IMG/VR virus record: IMGVR_UViG_3300023107_000007
Coordinates: 1-37,870 of that record
Reading direction: 5' to 3' (one strand)
Source: a virus
Lineage: Duplodnaviria > Caudoviricetes
Length of the DNA stretch: 37,870 nt
The translations under genes and the position numbers were made by a program. Shown piece after piece: positions 1 to 9,280 of the stretch (its first letter is position 1; every line of letters starts with the position of its first letter). The notes under the pieces were generated by a model. It was not told where the DNA came from and ran no database searches. It saw only the letters and a program-made list of their open reading frames with translations.

Positions 1-65
1 CACGAGCACGCAAGCCCCGACCCAGCGCACGAATGCCGAAAGAAAAACATCCAGGATTGCGCTGA
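1..65 (+). CDS. 3' end of the terminal HNH endonuclease gene (begins at 37652)
   Basis: Frame from nt 3 reads RARKPRPSARMPKEKHPGLR* (TGA 63-65), a typical C-terminus of actinophage terminase-associated HNH proteins. Confidence 0.65.
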   Translation, partial: RARKPRPSARMPKEKHPGLR

Positions 66-120
66 CAGGGGCCACACACACGCTCGAACAGACCAACAAC
101 GGTCCCGAGCCCACAAACAC

Positions 121-200
121 CCCCCAACACCCCCCTCCCCCCGCCCTACAGAAGCGCGGAGAGTTGCTGTGATTCTTCCTGCGTACGGGTCTGGGGTTTT
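121..200. other. Putative cos/packaging site region
   Basis: Lies between HNH and terminase. C-tracts at 121-146, an abrupt switch from C/A-rich to G/T-rich sequence near 155-165, then TGCTGT...TGCGTACGGGTCTGGGG. Confidence 0.5.
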
Positions 201-220
201 TAGCTTCACGCCTGGGGCGT

Positions 221-254
221 CCCGAAACGGGTAGCTCCTTTTACCCGAAACGGG
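221..254 (+). repeat. Paired CCCGAAACGGG mini-palindromes upstream of the first late gene
   Basis: Copies at 221-231 and 244-254; near-identical pair at 4818-4828 and 4845-4855. Confidence 0.75.
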
Positions 255-261
255 AGCCCCG

Positions 262-483
262 ATGACTGCGACACCGAATGACACTCTTGAGTTTAGCGTT
301 TCCGCTGATGACATCGATGAGGCTGCTCAGTTCGCTGTTTCGCAGTTGCAGGGGTGGACGGTTGAGCGGTCTGCTCGCGGTTTCACGGCCCCGGTTTTGT
401 CGGGTGAGTCTTTCGAACTGGTCGATGGTGTGTGGACGCGCGTGTTCAAGTTCCAGGCAGAGTTTCTGCAGGTGGTGTCCTGA
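262..483 (+). CDS. Hypothetical protein (gp1)
   Basis: 73 aa, GGGAG RBS, TGATG overlap with the next gene. Confidence 0.7.
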   Translation: MTATPNDTLEFSVSADDIDEAAQFAVSQLQGWTVERSARGFTAPVLSGESFELVDGVWTRVFKFQAEFLQVVS

Positions 484-962
484 TGGCTGGCGTTGGTCCG
501 CCGCCGAAAGATCCATCGAAGCGTGCTCGCCGCAATAAGGATGTTGTGAATCTCCGCATTGTGGAGGTTCAGCCGGTTGAGCAGCCGGAGTTGCCGATCT
601 TTTCGGTGATGGTGACTGTCGATGACGTTTTGGTCACTCAGGAGTTTGAGTGGCCGGCGATGACGCTGGATTGGTGGCGGATGCTTGCTCAGCACCCTTT
701 GGTGCATGAGTTCATCGAGACTGATTGGGCTTATCTGATGGAGACTGCGCGTCTTCATGCTGAGTTTTGGATGGGCAAACTATCGCTGGCGTCGGAGCTC
801 CGGTTGCGTGAGGCGAAGTACGGGTTCACGCCGGAGGATCGGGCACGTTTGCGTATTCAGTTCGCTCAGGCGACTGATGCTGAGGTGTCGACGGCTTCGA
901 AGGTTGCTTCTGCTCGTTCTCGGTTTGGTCGTCTGCATTTGCCGGATGAATTGGAAGCCTGA
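483..962 (+). CDS. terS: Terminase small subunit
   Basis: MAGVGPPPKDPSKRARRNKD start and ASELRLREAKYGFTPEDRARLRI motif; directly upstream of TerL. Confidence 0.85.
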   Translation: MAGVGPPPKDPSKRARRNKDVVNLRIVEVQPVEQPELPIFSVMVTVDDVLVTQEFEWPAMTLDWWRMLAQHPLVHEFIETDWAYLMETARLHAEFWMGKLSLASELRLREAKYGFTPEDRARLRIQFAQATDAEVSTASKVASARSRFGRLHLPDELEA

Positions 963-2623
963 TGCCGTGGCGTCCTCTTGATGGTGAGTTGTTTCCCACT
1001 TTGGGGTATCACGTTGCCGATCAGATGGCCGAATTTCTTGACTATGTAGTCACTCGTGAGCAGCTTGAGTTCCTGGTTCGCTTTCACGAGATCGATCCGC
1101 GGTCGTGCACGCGCGTGAAGCGTCGTGCGGTCATCCAGCGGGCTCGAGGCTGGGGGAAGTCGCCGTTTCTGGCCGCGAATGGCATCAGCGAGGCGATGTT
1201 CGAGGTTGTTCCGGCTGGTTGGGATGCTGAAGGGCAGCCTGTTGCGCGCCCGTGGATCGATTACAAGGACGTCATCAACGTTCCGGTCACGGCTACGTCT
1301 GAAGACCAGGTGCGGAACACGTGGCAGCCGCTCTTGGACATGGCGCGTTCTGATTCGTTGGTGAACTCGTTCGATGTTGACCCGATGGATTCGTTTATCA
1401 CGATCCCTGGTGGTCGGATTGAGCCGCGGACGTCTGGTGGCCGATCAATCAAGGGTTTGCCGGGTCAGGTTGCGGCGATCATGGATCAGACGGAGGAGTG
1501 GGTTCGCGGTAATGGTGGGTTGCGTCTTGCGCAGAACATTCGTGACAACGCGACGAAGGCTTCTGGGGTTGTTCTCGAGTCTCCGAATGCTTTTACCCCT
1601 GGTGAGGGTTCGGTAGCTGAAATGTCAGCGCGGGACTGGGACCTGATCACTTCGGGGAAGCACCCGAAGCTGGCTGAGGCTCGCATCCTGTTGTATGACC
1701 ACCGGGAAGCGCCTGCGAAGACTGATCCTGCCGATCACGATTCGCTGGTGTACGGCCTTCGGTACGCCTACGGGGACAGTTCGAACCATGCGGACGGTTG
1801 TGTCATTCACGAGCCACCTTGCCCCCCTGGGTGGGCGGACGTGGCCGGTACAGCGTTGGCGTTCTTGGATACCTCGAACGATCCGCAGGTGTTGCGTGCT
1901 GACTTTCTGAATCAGATCACTCATGCGACGAATTCGTTTGTGTCAGCGCCGGAGTTGCGGGCTATCGCGGCTGATGGTGATAACAACCCGGTGAAGGTCA
2001 TTTCGAAGACTGAGCCGATCACGCTTGGCTTTGATGGTTCTGAGGGGCGCAAGGATCAGCACATTGCTGACTCGACTGTGCTTATCGGTTATTCGATCAC
2101 GCAGCAGCATTTTTTCAAGCTTGGTGTGTGGGAACAGCCGGACGGTCCCGCAGGTGAGGGCTGGCGTCCTCCCGTGCTCGAGGTCGAAGCGGCCGTGCGT
2201 GATGCTTTCAAGGATTTCAACGTGGTCGGTTTCTATGCGGACCCGTCTGCGGGTTGGGCCGGTCAGGTGAAGACCTGGGAGGCACAGCATCACAAGGCGT
2301 TGAAGGTAAAACTGTCGGCGCAGGAGCCAATCAAGTGGCGACAGAAGGATGTTGCGCGTACGTGTGATGCGTTCGCGAACTTGCATTCTGCGATTGTCGC
2401 TGGCGATGTCACTTATGACGGTTCGAAGGAACTCACCGCCCACCTGCTGAACGCTCGCCGTGACGCTCGCCGTAACGGATATGTGCTGATCAAGCCGCAT
2501 GACGATCAGGACTATTCGAAGGTAGATGCCGCTTGGGGCATGGCCTTCGCGCACGCGGCTGGCATCGACGGTGCCGGTCAGATTCTTACTAAGCCTCGTA
2601 CTGCGCCTAGGCGTATCCGCTAA
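962..2623 (+). CDS. terL: Terminase large subunit
   Basis: 553 aa; Walker A RARGWGKS, Walker B-like AIMDQTE, nuclease motifs LGFDGS and KVDAA. Confidence 0.95.
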   Translation: MPWRPLDGELFPTLGYHVADQMAEFLDYVVTREQLEFLVRFHEIDPRSCTRVKRRAVIQRARGWGKSPFLAANGISEAMFEVVPAGWDAEGQPVARPWIDYKDVINVPVTATSEDQVRNTWQPLLDMARSDSLVNSFDVDPMDSFITIPGGRIEPRTSGGRSIKGLPGQVAAIMDQTEEWVRGNGGLRLAQNIRDNATKASGVVLESPNAFTPGEGSVAEMSARDWDLITSGKHPKLAEARILLYDHREAPAKTDPADHDSLVYGLRYAYGDSSNHADGCVIHEPPCPPGWADVAGTALAFLDTSNDPQVLRADFLNQITHATNSFVSAPELRAIAADGDNNPVKVISKTEPITLGFDGSEGRKDQHIADSTVLIGYSITQQHFFKLGVWEQPDGPAGEGWRPPVLEVEAAVRDAFKDFNVVGFYADPSAGWAGQVKTWEAQHHKALKVKLSAQEPIKWRQKDVARTCDAFANLHSAIVAGDVTYDGSKELTAHLLNARRDARRNGYVLIKPHDDQDYSKVDAAWGMAFAHAAGIDGAGQILTKPRTAPRRIR

Positions 2624-2643
2624 TCACTCTGAGGGGGTGTGCA

Positions 2644-3978
2644 TTGCCTACGACTCCCGATGAGTGGCTTCCGGTTCTCACTAAGAAGCTGGATGCGCGA
2701 CAGCCGCGCATTGCGAAGCTGCGGAACTATTCCAACGGTGATGCGGTGCTGCCCGAGATGGGTAAGAACTTGAAGGCGTCGTGGGAGGCCTTCCAGAAGA
2801 AGGCGCGCACTGACATGGCTGGCACTCTGTGCGCTTCTATGTCGGGGCGCATCATTCCGCGTGCTGTGGTGGTCGGTTCGACGTCCCAGAACCCTGCTGT
2901 TGAGGCAGCCCGTCTGGTGTGGCGCAATAACCGCCTGTATGTGGTGTTCTCGGATGCGATCTGGAACGCGCTTGCCGTGTCGATCGGGTACCTGATTTTG
3001 GGTGTCCGTGATGGGCAGCCGGTGATCACGTCGGAGGAACCAGAACAGGTCATCACCGAGCCGGACCCTGCTCAGCCGTGGCGCTCTCGTGCGGCGTTGA
3101 AGGCATGGCGTGATCTGGATGCCGAGATTGATTTCGCGATCGTGTGGGCGAACGGTGTCAAGCAGTGGTTCTCCCGCTCGATGAAGAACTCTGCTGGCAG
3201 TGTTCGTGCATCTTCTGTGGGCGAGTGGGAACCTACTGGCCGCCTTGAGCAATATGTGGGCGAGCTGCCCGTGTTTGCGATCGAGAACGCGCGTGGTGTG
3301 GCCGAGTTCGAGCCGCACATTGACGTCATCGACCGCATCAACCTGGGCAAGCTGCAGCGTTTGGTGATGACTGCGATTCAGGCGTTCAAGCAGCGCATGA
3401 TCGAGGGCGCACTGCCGGACAAAGACGCTGACGGCAACGACATTGACTACTCGAACTTCTTCGATGCTGCCCCTGGTGCCATTTGGGAGCTCCCGGACGG
3501 TGTGAAGATCACCGAACTTGGTGCGGACGACATCCGCCCCCTGCTCGAGGGCGAGAAAACCGATCTGCGTGACTTCGCAATGGTCACTCGCACCCCGATC
3601 GACGTGTTCATTCCCGACAACCAGTCGGCGACTGGTGCGCAGAACACTCAGAAGGGCGAAATTCAGAAGGCCAAGGACCGCATTGAGCGGTTCGGGGCTC
3701 CGATGGAGGCCGCCATTTTGGGGGCGTTGCGTTATCTCGGTGCGGACACTGGCGAGACGGTCCATGTGCAGTTCGAGCAGCCGGAGCATGTGGGGTTGTC
3801 GGAGAAGATGACTGCTGCAGCTCAGGCGAAAGCGGCCGGCAAATCTCGGCGGTGGATTGATCAGTACATCATGGGCATGACTCCTGAGGAGATTGATCAG
3901 GAGGAGGCCGATCTTGCTGAGGAGCAGCTTTCTGCTGCGATTCTGATCGGGGCGACTGGTGGCAACGGTAACGCCTGA
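2644..3978 (+). CDS. Portal protein (SPP1 gp6-like)
   Basis: 444 aa after TerL; EFEPHIDVIDRIN and APGAIWELP motifs. Confidence 0.9.
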   Translation: MPTTPDEWLPVLTKKLDARQPRIAKLRNYSNGDAVLPEMGKNLKASWEAFQKKARTDMAGTLCASMSGRIIPRAVVVGSTSQNPAVEAARLVWRNNRLYVVFSDAIWNALAVSIGYLILGVRDGQPVITSEEPEQVITEPDPAQPWRSRAALKAWRDLDAEIDFAIVWANGVKQWFSRSMKNSAGSVRASSVGEWEPTGRLEQYVGELPVFAIENARGVAEFEPHIDVIDRINLGKLQRLVMTAIQAFKQRMIEGALPDKDADGNDIDYSNFFDAAPGAIWELPDGVKITELGADDIRPLLEGEKTDLRDFAMVTRTPIDVFIPDNQSATGAQNTQKGEIQKAKDRIERFGAPMEAAILGALRYLGADTGETVHVQFEQPEHVGLSEKMTAAAQAKAAGKSRRWIDQYIMGMTPEEIDQEEADLAEEQLSAAILIGATGGNGNA

Positions 3979-4792
3979 GCAGATCATCGTCGGCTATAAC
4001 GATGCGGTCCATGAGGTGCGTTCGCGGGTGGAAGCTTATGCCCGGGGTGCGTGGCTTGCTGCTGGTTCGTGGCGTGATGCTGATGTTGACCGGTTGGTGC
4101 GGTTGATCGTTCCGAAGGTGCAGGCGGGTCAGGTTCAGACGGCGCAGTTGACGTCGGCGTATTTGGCGGCGTTGCAGACTGTGCGCACGGGTGTGCGTGT
4201 GGCCCCGGTGGTGGTTGACCGTAGTTCGGTTACGAGCGTTCGCGGGGTTGCTGCGGATGAGGTTTACCGTCGTCCCGCTGTGGCTATGTACTCGGCGTTG
4301 TCTAAGGGCGCGCTGGTCGGTGATGCGATTGAGCAGAGCTTGAGTCGGTTGTCGTCGTTGGTGGCGACAGATCACCAGTTGGCGAAAACGTCTCAGGCGC
4401 GCCGATCGCTGCAGGGCTCCGGTTTTCAGTACATGCAGCGGACGCTGACCGGTCGTGAGAATTGCGCCTTGTGCGCGATTGCGTCCACGCAGCGGTATCG
4501 GGTGCAAGAACTGATGCCGATTCATCCTGGCTGTGACTGCGGTGTTGACACGGTGGACGCCGGCCGTGATCCGGGGCAGGTTCTAGACCCTGAACGGCTT
4601 GAACTCATCCACTCTGCCATCACTGAGCAACTGGGGGCGTCCGATCGTGGCGCACGGTTCCTCGATGAGGGCGATGAGCGGTCCGACTATCTGGACCTGA
4701 TCGTCACACATGAGCATGGCGAGCTTGGTCCTGTTCTTGCGTGGCGTGATCAGAAGTTCACCTCGAAGGCGGACATTTCCGCCCTCAACTAA
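3959..4792 (+). CDS. MuF-like minor head / capsid maturation protein
   Basis: CALC...PIHPGCDC motif; located between portal and scaffold. Confidence 0.75.
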   Translation: MATVTPEQIIVGYNDAVHEVRSRVEAYARGAWLAAGSWRDADVDRLVRLIVPKVQAGQVQTAQLTSAYLAALQTVRTGVRVAPVVVDRSSVTSVRGVAADEVYRRPAVAMYSALSKGALVGDAIEQSLSRLSSLVATDHQLAKTSQARRSLQGSGFQYMQRTLTGRENCALCAIASTQRYRVQELMPIHPGCDCGVDTVDAGRDPGQVLDPERLELIHSAITEQLGASDRGARFLDEGDERSDYLDLIVTHEHGELGPVLAWRDQKFTSKADISALN

Positions 4793-4812
4793 CTTCCCGC
4801 ATTTGCGGGTTG

Positions 4813-4838
4813 AGCCATCCGAAACGGGTGGCTTTTTT
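4813..4838 (+). terminator. Intrinsic terminator-like hairpin containing the CCGAAACGG motif
   Basis: AGCCATCCG-AAA-CGGGTGGCT followed by TTTTT. Confidence 0.7.
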
Positions 4839-4862
4839 CATTACTCCGAAACGGGGAAACCA

Positions 4863-5369
4863 ATGCCGAAAACGCCCGAAGAGATCGCTGCTGAGGAAGC
4901 CGAAAAGGTAGACAAGCAGCCGACTGTTGAGGAGCAACTGGCCGCTGCGAAAGCGGAGGCCGAGAAGTGGCAAGCACTCTCGAAGAAGAACGAGGCTCGC
5001 GCCAAAGAGAACGCGGACAAGGCGAAAAGCTTTGACGATCTCGAGGAAGCGAACCGTACCGAACTTGAGAAGGCCAACGCTCGTGCGGAAGCCGCCGAGA
5101 AGCTCATCGCGGAACGTGATGCTGCTGAGGCGAGCAAGACGCTGCGTGCTGAGGTTGCGAAGGAAAAGTTTGCGGGTCGAGAGATCCCCGAAACTGCCCT
5201 CCGCGGTGCCACTCGTGAGGAGCTCGAGGCACACGCCGACGAGATCCTCGCCCTGCTTCCCCCGTTGCCCGAGATTCCGTCTGCGGACGGTCAGGGCGGT
5301 GCGGGCAGCGTGATCGGCGATGGAGAAATGTCGGCTGACGACATTGTGGCAGCAGCCACATCCAGGTAA
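4863..5369 (+). CDS. Scaffolding protein
   Basis: Acidic Ala/Glu/Lys coiled coil (EKWQALSKKNEARAKEN; LRGATREELEAHAD), directly before the capsid gene. Confidence 0.85.
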   Translation: MPKTPEEIAAEEAEKVDKQPTVEEQLAAAKAEAEKWQALSKKNEARAKENADKAKSFDDLEEANRTELEKANARAEAAEKLIAERDAAEASKTLRAEVAKEKFAGREIPETALRGATREELEAHADEILALLPPLPEIPSADGQGGAGSVIGDGEMSADDIVAAATSR

Positions 5370-5429
5370 ATCCCTGCAGGTGTTCGCCATGAACCCTCTG
5401 CAGCCATCCATCAATTCCTAGGAGGAATC

Positions 5430-6677
5430 ATGGCAAACATCTTCGTAAAGGGGCAGAAGCTCGCGGCTACCGCGCTCGCTCTGCTCCGCAAGGAAGTGAA
5501 GGCCCCCGCTCTGTTCACCTACAAGTTCGGCATTGCCGACTTCAAGGGTGCTGAGGGCGATGTCATCAACATCAAGCGTCCCGCCGTTCTGGTGGCGCGT
5601 GAGAAGCCGTGGCGTGGTGATGACGCGATCGTGGTCGACCGTCTTGCGAACAGCAAGATTCAGGTCACCCTGAACCGTCACATCTACTCCGCGGTTGCGC
5701 TGTCCCCGGAAGAGGAGACGCTGGACGAGATCGATTACGTCCGCGATGTGCAGGCCCCGCAGGTTCGTGCCGTGCTGGACTTCTTCGAGAACATCGTTGT
5801 CACCGCCCTGCGTGGTGCTGCGTTCGTCTTCGGCGTCACGTTCAACCCGGCATCGGGCACCGCAGTGGAGAGCGACCCTCGCAAGGTCGCCATCCGTGCC
5901 CGGAAGCTTGCACAGAAGGCGCACTGGCCTCTCGGCGGGCGTTACTGGCTTGTGGGCGCGAACGTGTCTGAGGCCATCGCGTCGTACGAGAAGCTGCTCG
6001 ATGTCGACACGGCGGGGCTTCCCGAGGCGGTTCGTGAGGGTGTGGTCGGTCGCCTGGCCGGCTGGACGATCATCGAACTCGATGCTCTCGGCGACGATGA
6101 GTCGTTCTTCGTCCACGAGACTGCGATTGCGATTGCGAACGTTGCTCCTGTGGTGCCGAACGGTGTCGCAAAGGGTGGTGGCGTTGCGGCCGGAAACGGA
6201 CTCGCTGTCACCCAGCTTTGGGACTACGACTCCACGTACATGAAGGACCGTTCGATTGTGCACGCGTTCGCGGGTGCAACGGCCGTCATGGACCCGGAGC
6301 AGGACCCGGACACTGGGGCGATCGTCCGCGACGAGAACGACGTCGTTCAGATGAAGTTCCAGCGTGCGATCAAGGTCACGTTCGGTGCTGGTGGTGCTGA
6401 GAAGCCCACCTACAGCCTGACTATGACTGGCACCCCGACCGGTGGAACGTTCACCGTGACGGTTGACGGTCAGACCACGGATGCGATTCCGTTCAACGCT
6501 TCGAACGCCACGATCGCCGCTGAGCTGAACGAGCTCGCGGGCGTGTCTGGCGCGAAGGTCAGCGGCAACGCGTTCCCCGGCAACGTCAAGACGGTGACGC
6601 TCAACGAGCGTGTCGTTGTGACCGCTTCCGGTGCTGGCCTGACGGGTGGCTCCTCGCCGGCCGTCGCTGCAGCGTAA
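5430..6677 (+). CDS. Major capsid protein with C-terminal beta-rich (Ig-like) extension
   Basis: GGAGG RBS; 415 aa; GDVINIKRP motif; position after scaffold; C-terminal TGGTFTVTVDGQTTDAIPFNA module. Confidence 0.88.
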   Translation: MANIFVKGQKLAATALALLRKEVKAPALFTYKFGIADFKGAEGDVINIKRPAVLVAREKPWRGDDAIVVDRLANSKIQVTLNRHIYSAVALSPEEETLDEIDYVRDVQAPQVRAVLDFFENIVVTALRGAAFVFGVTFNPASGTAVESDPRKVAIRARKLAQKAHWPLGGRYWLVGANVSEAIASYEKLLDVDTAGLPEAVREGVVGRLAGWTIIELDALGDDESFFVHETAIAIANVAPVVPNGVAKGGGVAAGNGLAVTQLWDYDSTYMKDRSIVHAFAGATAVMDPEQDPDTGAIVRDENDVVQMKFQRAIKVTFGAGGAEKPTYSLTMTGTPTGGTFTVTVDGQTTDAIPFNASNATIAAELNELAGVSGAKVSGNAFPGNVKTVTLNERVVVTASGAGLTGGSSPAVAAA

Positions 6678-6712
6678 CCAGCAGTAGTCAATCTCTGAAA
6701 GGTGGTGAGGTC

Positions 6713-7282
6713 ATGGCTGTGACCCAACTTGCATCCGCTAACGATGTTGCGGAGTCTCTGGGCCGTGACCTCACCACCGAGGAGAGCACCAAGGTCGAAT
6801 CGATTTTGGATAAGGCGTCTGAATTGTTCCGGCTTCGGTCGGGTCAGCAGTTCACCGCTGGCAGTTCTTTGGTGCGGTTGAAGGTCAACGGCGGGGTGGT
6901 GCGTTTGCCGCAGCGCCCCGTCGTGTCCGTCGAATCTGTGACGGATGATGAGGGGTATCCGGTTGGGTACACCCGGTTCGGTTCGGTGCTGACGACCGTG
7001 TTGCGGTCGCACCAGTTTGTGCGTGTCTCGTACACGCATGGTGGCGATGTCCCTGATGTGGTGCGTTTGTGCATCGCTGATATCGCCCGCAAAGTTTTGG
7101 AGATCCCTGCTGATGCTCGCGGGGGTCTGTCCCAGTTCTCAACTACTGACGGTCCGTTTTCCAACTCGGGCACTTACGCGTCGTGGGCTGTTGGTGGGCA
7201 AACAATGTTGGCTCCGGATGATGCAGCGTTGGCGGATACGTTCCGTGGTCATTACGGCAGCGTGATTGTGCAGCGCTCATGA
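6713..7282 (+). CDS. Head-to-tail adaptor
   Basis: LASANDVAESLGRDLT...LDKASELFR and VSYTHG motifs; synteny. Confidence 0.8.
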   Translation: MAVTQLASANDVAESLGRDLTTEESTKVESILDKASELFRLRSGQQFTAGSSLVRLKVNGGVVRLPQRPVVSVESVTDDEGYPVGYTRFGSVLTTVLRSHQFVRVSYTHGGDVPDVVRLCIADIARKVLEIPADARGGLSQFSTTDGPFSNSGTYASWAVGGQTMLAPDDAALADTFRGHYGSVIVQRS

Positions 7283-7590
7283 CGGCCATCGACGTCTACC
7301 GGGCGACCACAGAGAATGACGAGTACGGCGATCCGAAGCCTGCCGACTGGTCGCTGTGGGCATCGTTCACCGGCAAGGTCGGGTGGGGCAACCCTGACGA
7401 GCCGCTCGAGGCTGGCAGCAACGTTGTCATCACCAACCGGACGGTGTTTATCCGATCGTCAACGGAGTCAGGCATCCGCGCATCGGATCGGGTGCGCATC
7501 GCGGGCATCGAGTACGAGATTGATGGTGCCGTTGCCGAGTGGGGCGACCCGCACGTTGGCACCCAATTCGCGTTGAAGGCGGCTTCCTGA
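7279..7590 (+). CDS. Head-to-tail stopper
   Basis: DEYGDP and DRVRIAGIEYEIDG motifs; synteny. Confidence 0.8.
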   Translation: MTAIDVYRATTENDEYGDPKPADWSLWASFTGKVGWGNPDEPLEAGSNVVITNRTVFIRSSTESGIRASDRVRIAGIEYEIDGAVAEWGDPHVGTQFALKAAS

Positions 7591-7907
7591 TGCTTGTCAA
7601 AGCGAAGTTCCCGATGAACGCTACAAACCGGAAGGCGATTCGAGAGCAACTGCTTCTCGACTCCACCGGTTCCGGCGTGGAGAAGGCACTGTTCGAGGCT
7701 GCCGAGGCTGCGGCGGGTTCGGGACAGAAAGTGTTCGTGTCTAGGTCTTACGGCGCGGCCGGTCGACTTTCGGTTTGGATCGTTGACTCGCGGGATACCG
7801 AGATGTCGCGAGACAGTCAGGGACGTCGGCAGAAGAGTTCCACCGGTACCCGCAAGGAGCGTATCGCCGCCCTTCGCGAGGCTCTAGGGCGGGTGAATCT
7901 GAATTGA
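7590..7907 (+). CDS. Putative neck/tail completion protein
   Basis: TGATG overlap; lies between stopper and tail terminator. Confidence 0.55.
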   Translation: MLVKAKFPMNATNRKAIREQLLLDSTGSGVEKALFEAAEAAAGSGQKVFVSRSYGAAGRLSVWIVDSRDTEMSRDSQGRRQKSSTGTRKERIAALREALGRVNLN

Positions 7908-8287
7908 CTGAGTTCGCTTCCCGCTGGCCTGACGTCCGTCTATGGGCGGTCAACCTTCTCAAAGCCCGCATCGCGGATTCGAATGCGTCGGCGGAGCGTC
8001 AGGAGACGCTTCCCAGGCAGGTTGTCGTGTCCGTGAGCCCGCAGCAGATCGAAACACCGGTGTCGCGCATCTACTTCGTTTCCGTTGAGGCGTGGGATGC
8101 AGCAAGCAAGGCTGCCGCGCTAAAGCTGTCGTCCGATGCTGCATACGAAATCGAGTCCGCCCCACGCAACGGGTCACCAGTGATCCGCGCCGCGCTCAAC
8201 GCGGGACCGAACGAGTTCCGCGACTCGGCGACTGGGAAATACAGCTACGAAACGGTTGTCCTCGTTGTTGTTGCCCGCCTGCCGTAA
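7904..8287 (+). CDS. Tail terminator
   Basis: 127 aa, VSVEAW motif, precedes the major tail gene. Confidence 0.7.
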   Translation: MTEFASRWPDVRLWAVNLLKARIADSNASAERQETLPRQVVVSVSPQQIETPVSRIYFVSVEAWDAASKAAALKLSSDAAYEIESAPRNGSPVIRAALNAGPNEFRDSATGKYSYETVVLVVVARLP

Positions 8288-8353
8288 CCCTCAAATCTCC
8301 GCTAGTTGCCGAGCGGTTCGTCACAACACACACGAAACGAAAGGTAGCTAGAA

Positions 8354-9193
8354 ATGGCCGCTGCACTCATTGATAACGGACGGGTCAACGACCCGGCCAA
8401 AGTGCGCCTGGTGCAGGATGGTCGTATCCTGCTCGGCGCTTACGGAATTTCCGCCCCCACCGGTCCCGCATGGGACCCCACAGCGGACCTGAGCGGAAAC
8501 GTTCGCTTCGATCTGGGCTATTACGGGGAAGACGGCTTCAGCCTCACCCCTGAGCCCGGTGACAACAAGCAGTTCACCGCCCACAACGAAGACGTCGTTA
8601 TCGACCAGGACGGTCCCGGTACTTGGGCTGTCGCGTTCTCCGGCATCCAGCGCAGCCGGACGCTGGTGGAGACGTACTTCGACACCACCGTAGACACGTC
8701 CACCGGCAAGCTTGTTCTCACGAAAGCGTCTGTTGCGACCTACCGCGACCTGATCACGGTGGGCATTTCCGGCTCCGATGTGATCCTCACTCACTACCCG
8801 CGGGTAAAGGTCACCGATCGTGAAGCGCTCACCTATGGGGCTACCGAGATCAACGCCTTCGGTCTGACGTTCCGTGCGTTCAAGGACCCGGTGACCGGGT
8901 ATATCGCCGCACAGTGGGACACGACCCTGATCGCTACCGCGCCGGCCCTGCCGACGATCTCCGCGACCGCCCCGGCTTCGACGCAGGCTGCGGCCGGCAA
9001 CGTCGTCATCACCGGTACTGGGTTCACTGGTGCGACCGCGGTGAAGTTCGGCACGGACAACGCGGCGTCGTTCACCATCAACTCGCCCACGCAGATCACT
9101 GCGGTTGTTCCGGGCCGTGCTCCCGGTTCGGGAAACATCACCGTCGTCACCCCCGGTGGCACGTCGACCCCGAAGACCTTCGCCACCACCTAA
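8354..9193 (+). CDS. Major tail (tube) protein with C-terminal IPT/TIG domain
   Basis: LGYYGEDG motif; C-terminal VVITGTGFTGATAVKFG...SPTQITAVVP. Confidence 0.9.
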   Translation: MAAALIDNGRVNDPAKVRLVQDGRILLGAYGISAPTGPAWDPTADLSGNVRFDLGYYGEDGFSLTPEPGDNKQFTAHNEDVVIDQDGPGTWAVAFSGIQRSRTLVETYFDTTVDTSTGKLVLTKASVATYRDLITVGISGSDVILTHYPRVKVTDREALTYGATEINAFGLTFRAFKDPVTGYIAAQWDTTLIATAPALPTISATAPASTQAAAGNVVITGTGFTGATAVKFGTDNAASFTINSPTQITAVVPGRAPGSGNITVVTPGGTSTPKTFATT

Positions 9194-9206
9194 GGCGGAT
9201 TAGACC

Positions 9207-9280
9207 CCGTGAGGGCAGCAGGCGGCAACCGTGCTGCCCTCACGGACCCAATTCCTCCGGTTGCCAACTGAAAGGTTGCC
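9207..9280 (+). promoter_or_regulatory. 14-bp hairpin whose loop is complementary to two downstream GGTTGCC sites
   Basis: Stem 9207-9220/9232-9245; loop GGCAACCG; targets at 9258-9265 and 9274-9280. Confidence 0.6.

Noticed and set aside
2620-3987. 455-aa minus-strand ORF (also 10038-11501, 5418-6263 and similar)
   Set aside because: Antisense shadows of portal, tape measure and capsid genes; expected in high-GC coding DNA; no motifs or RBS
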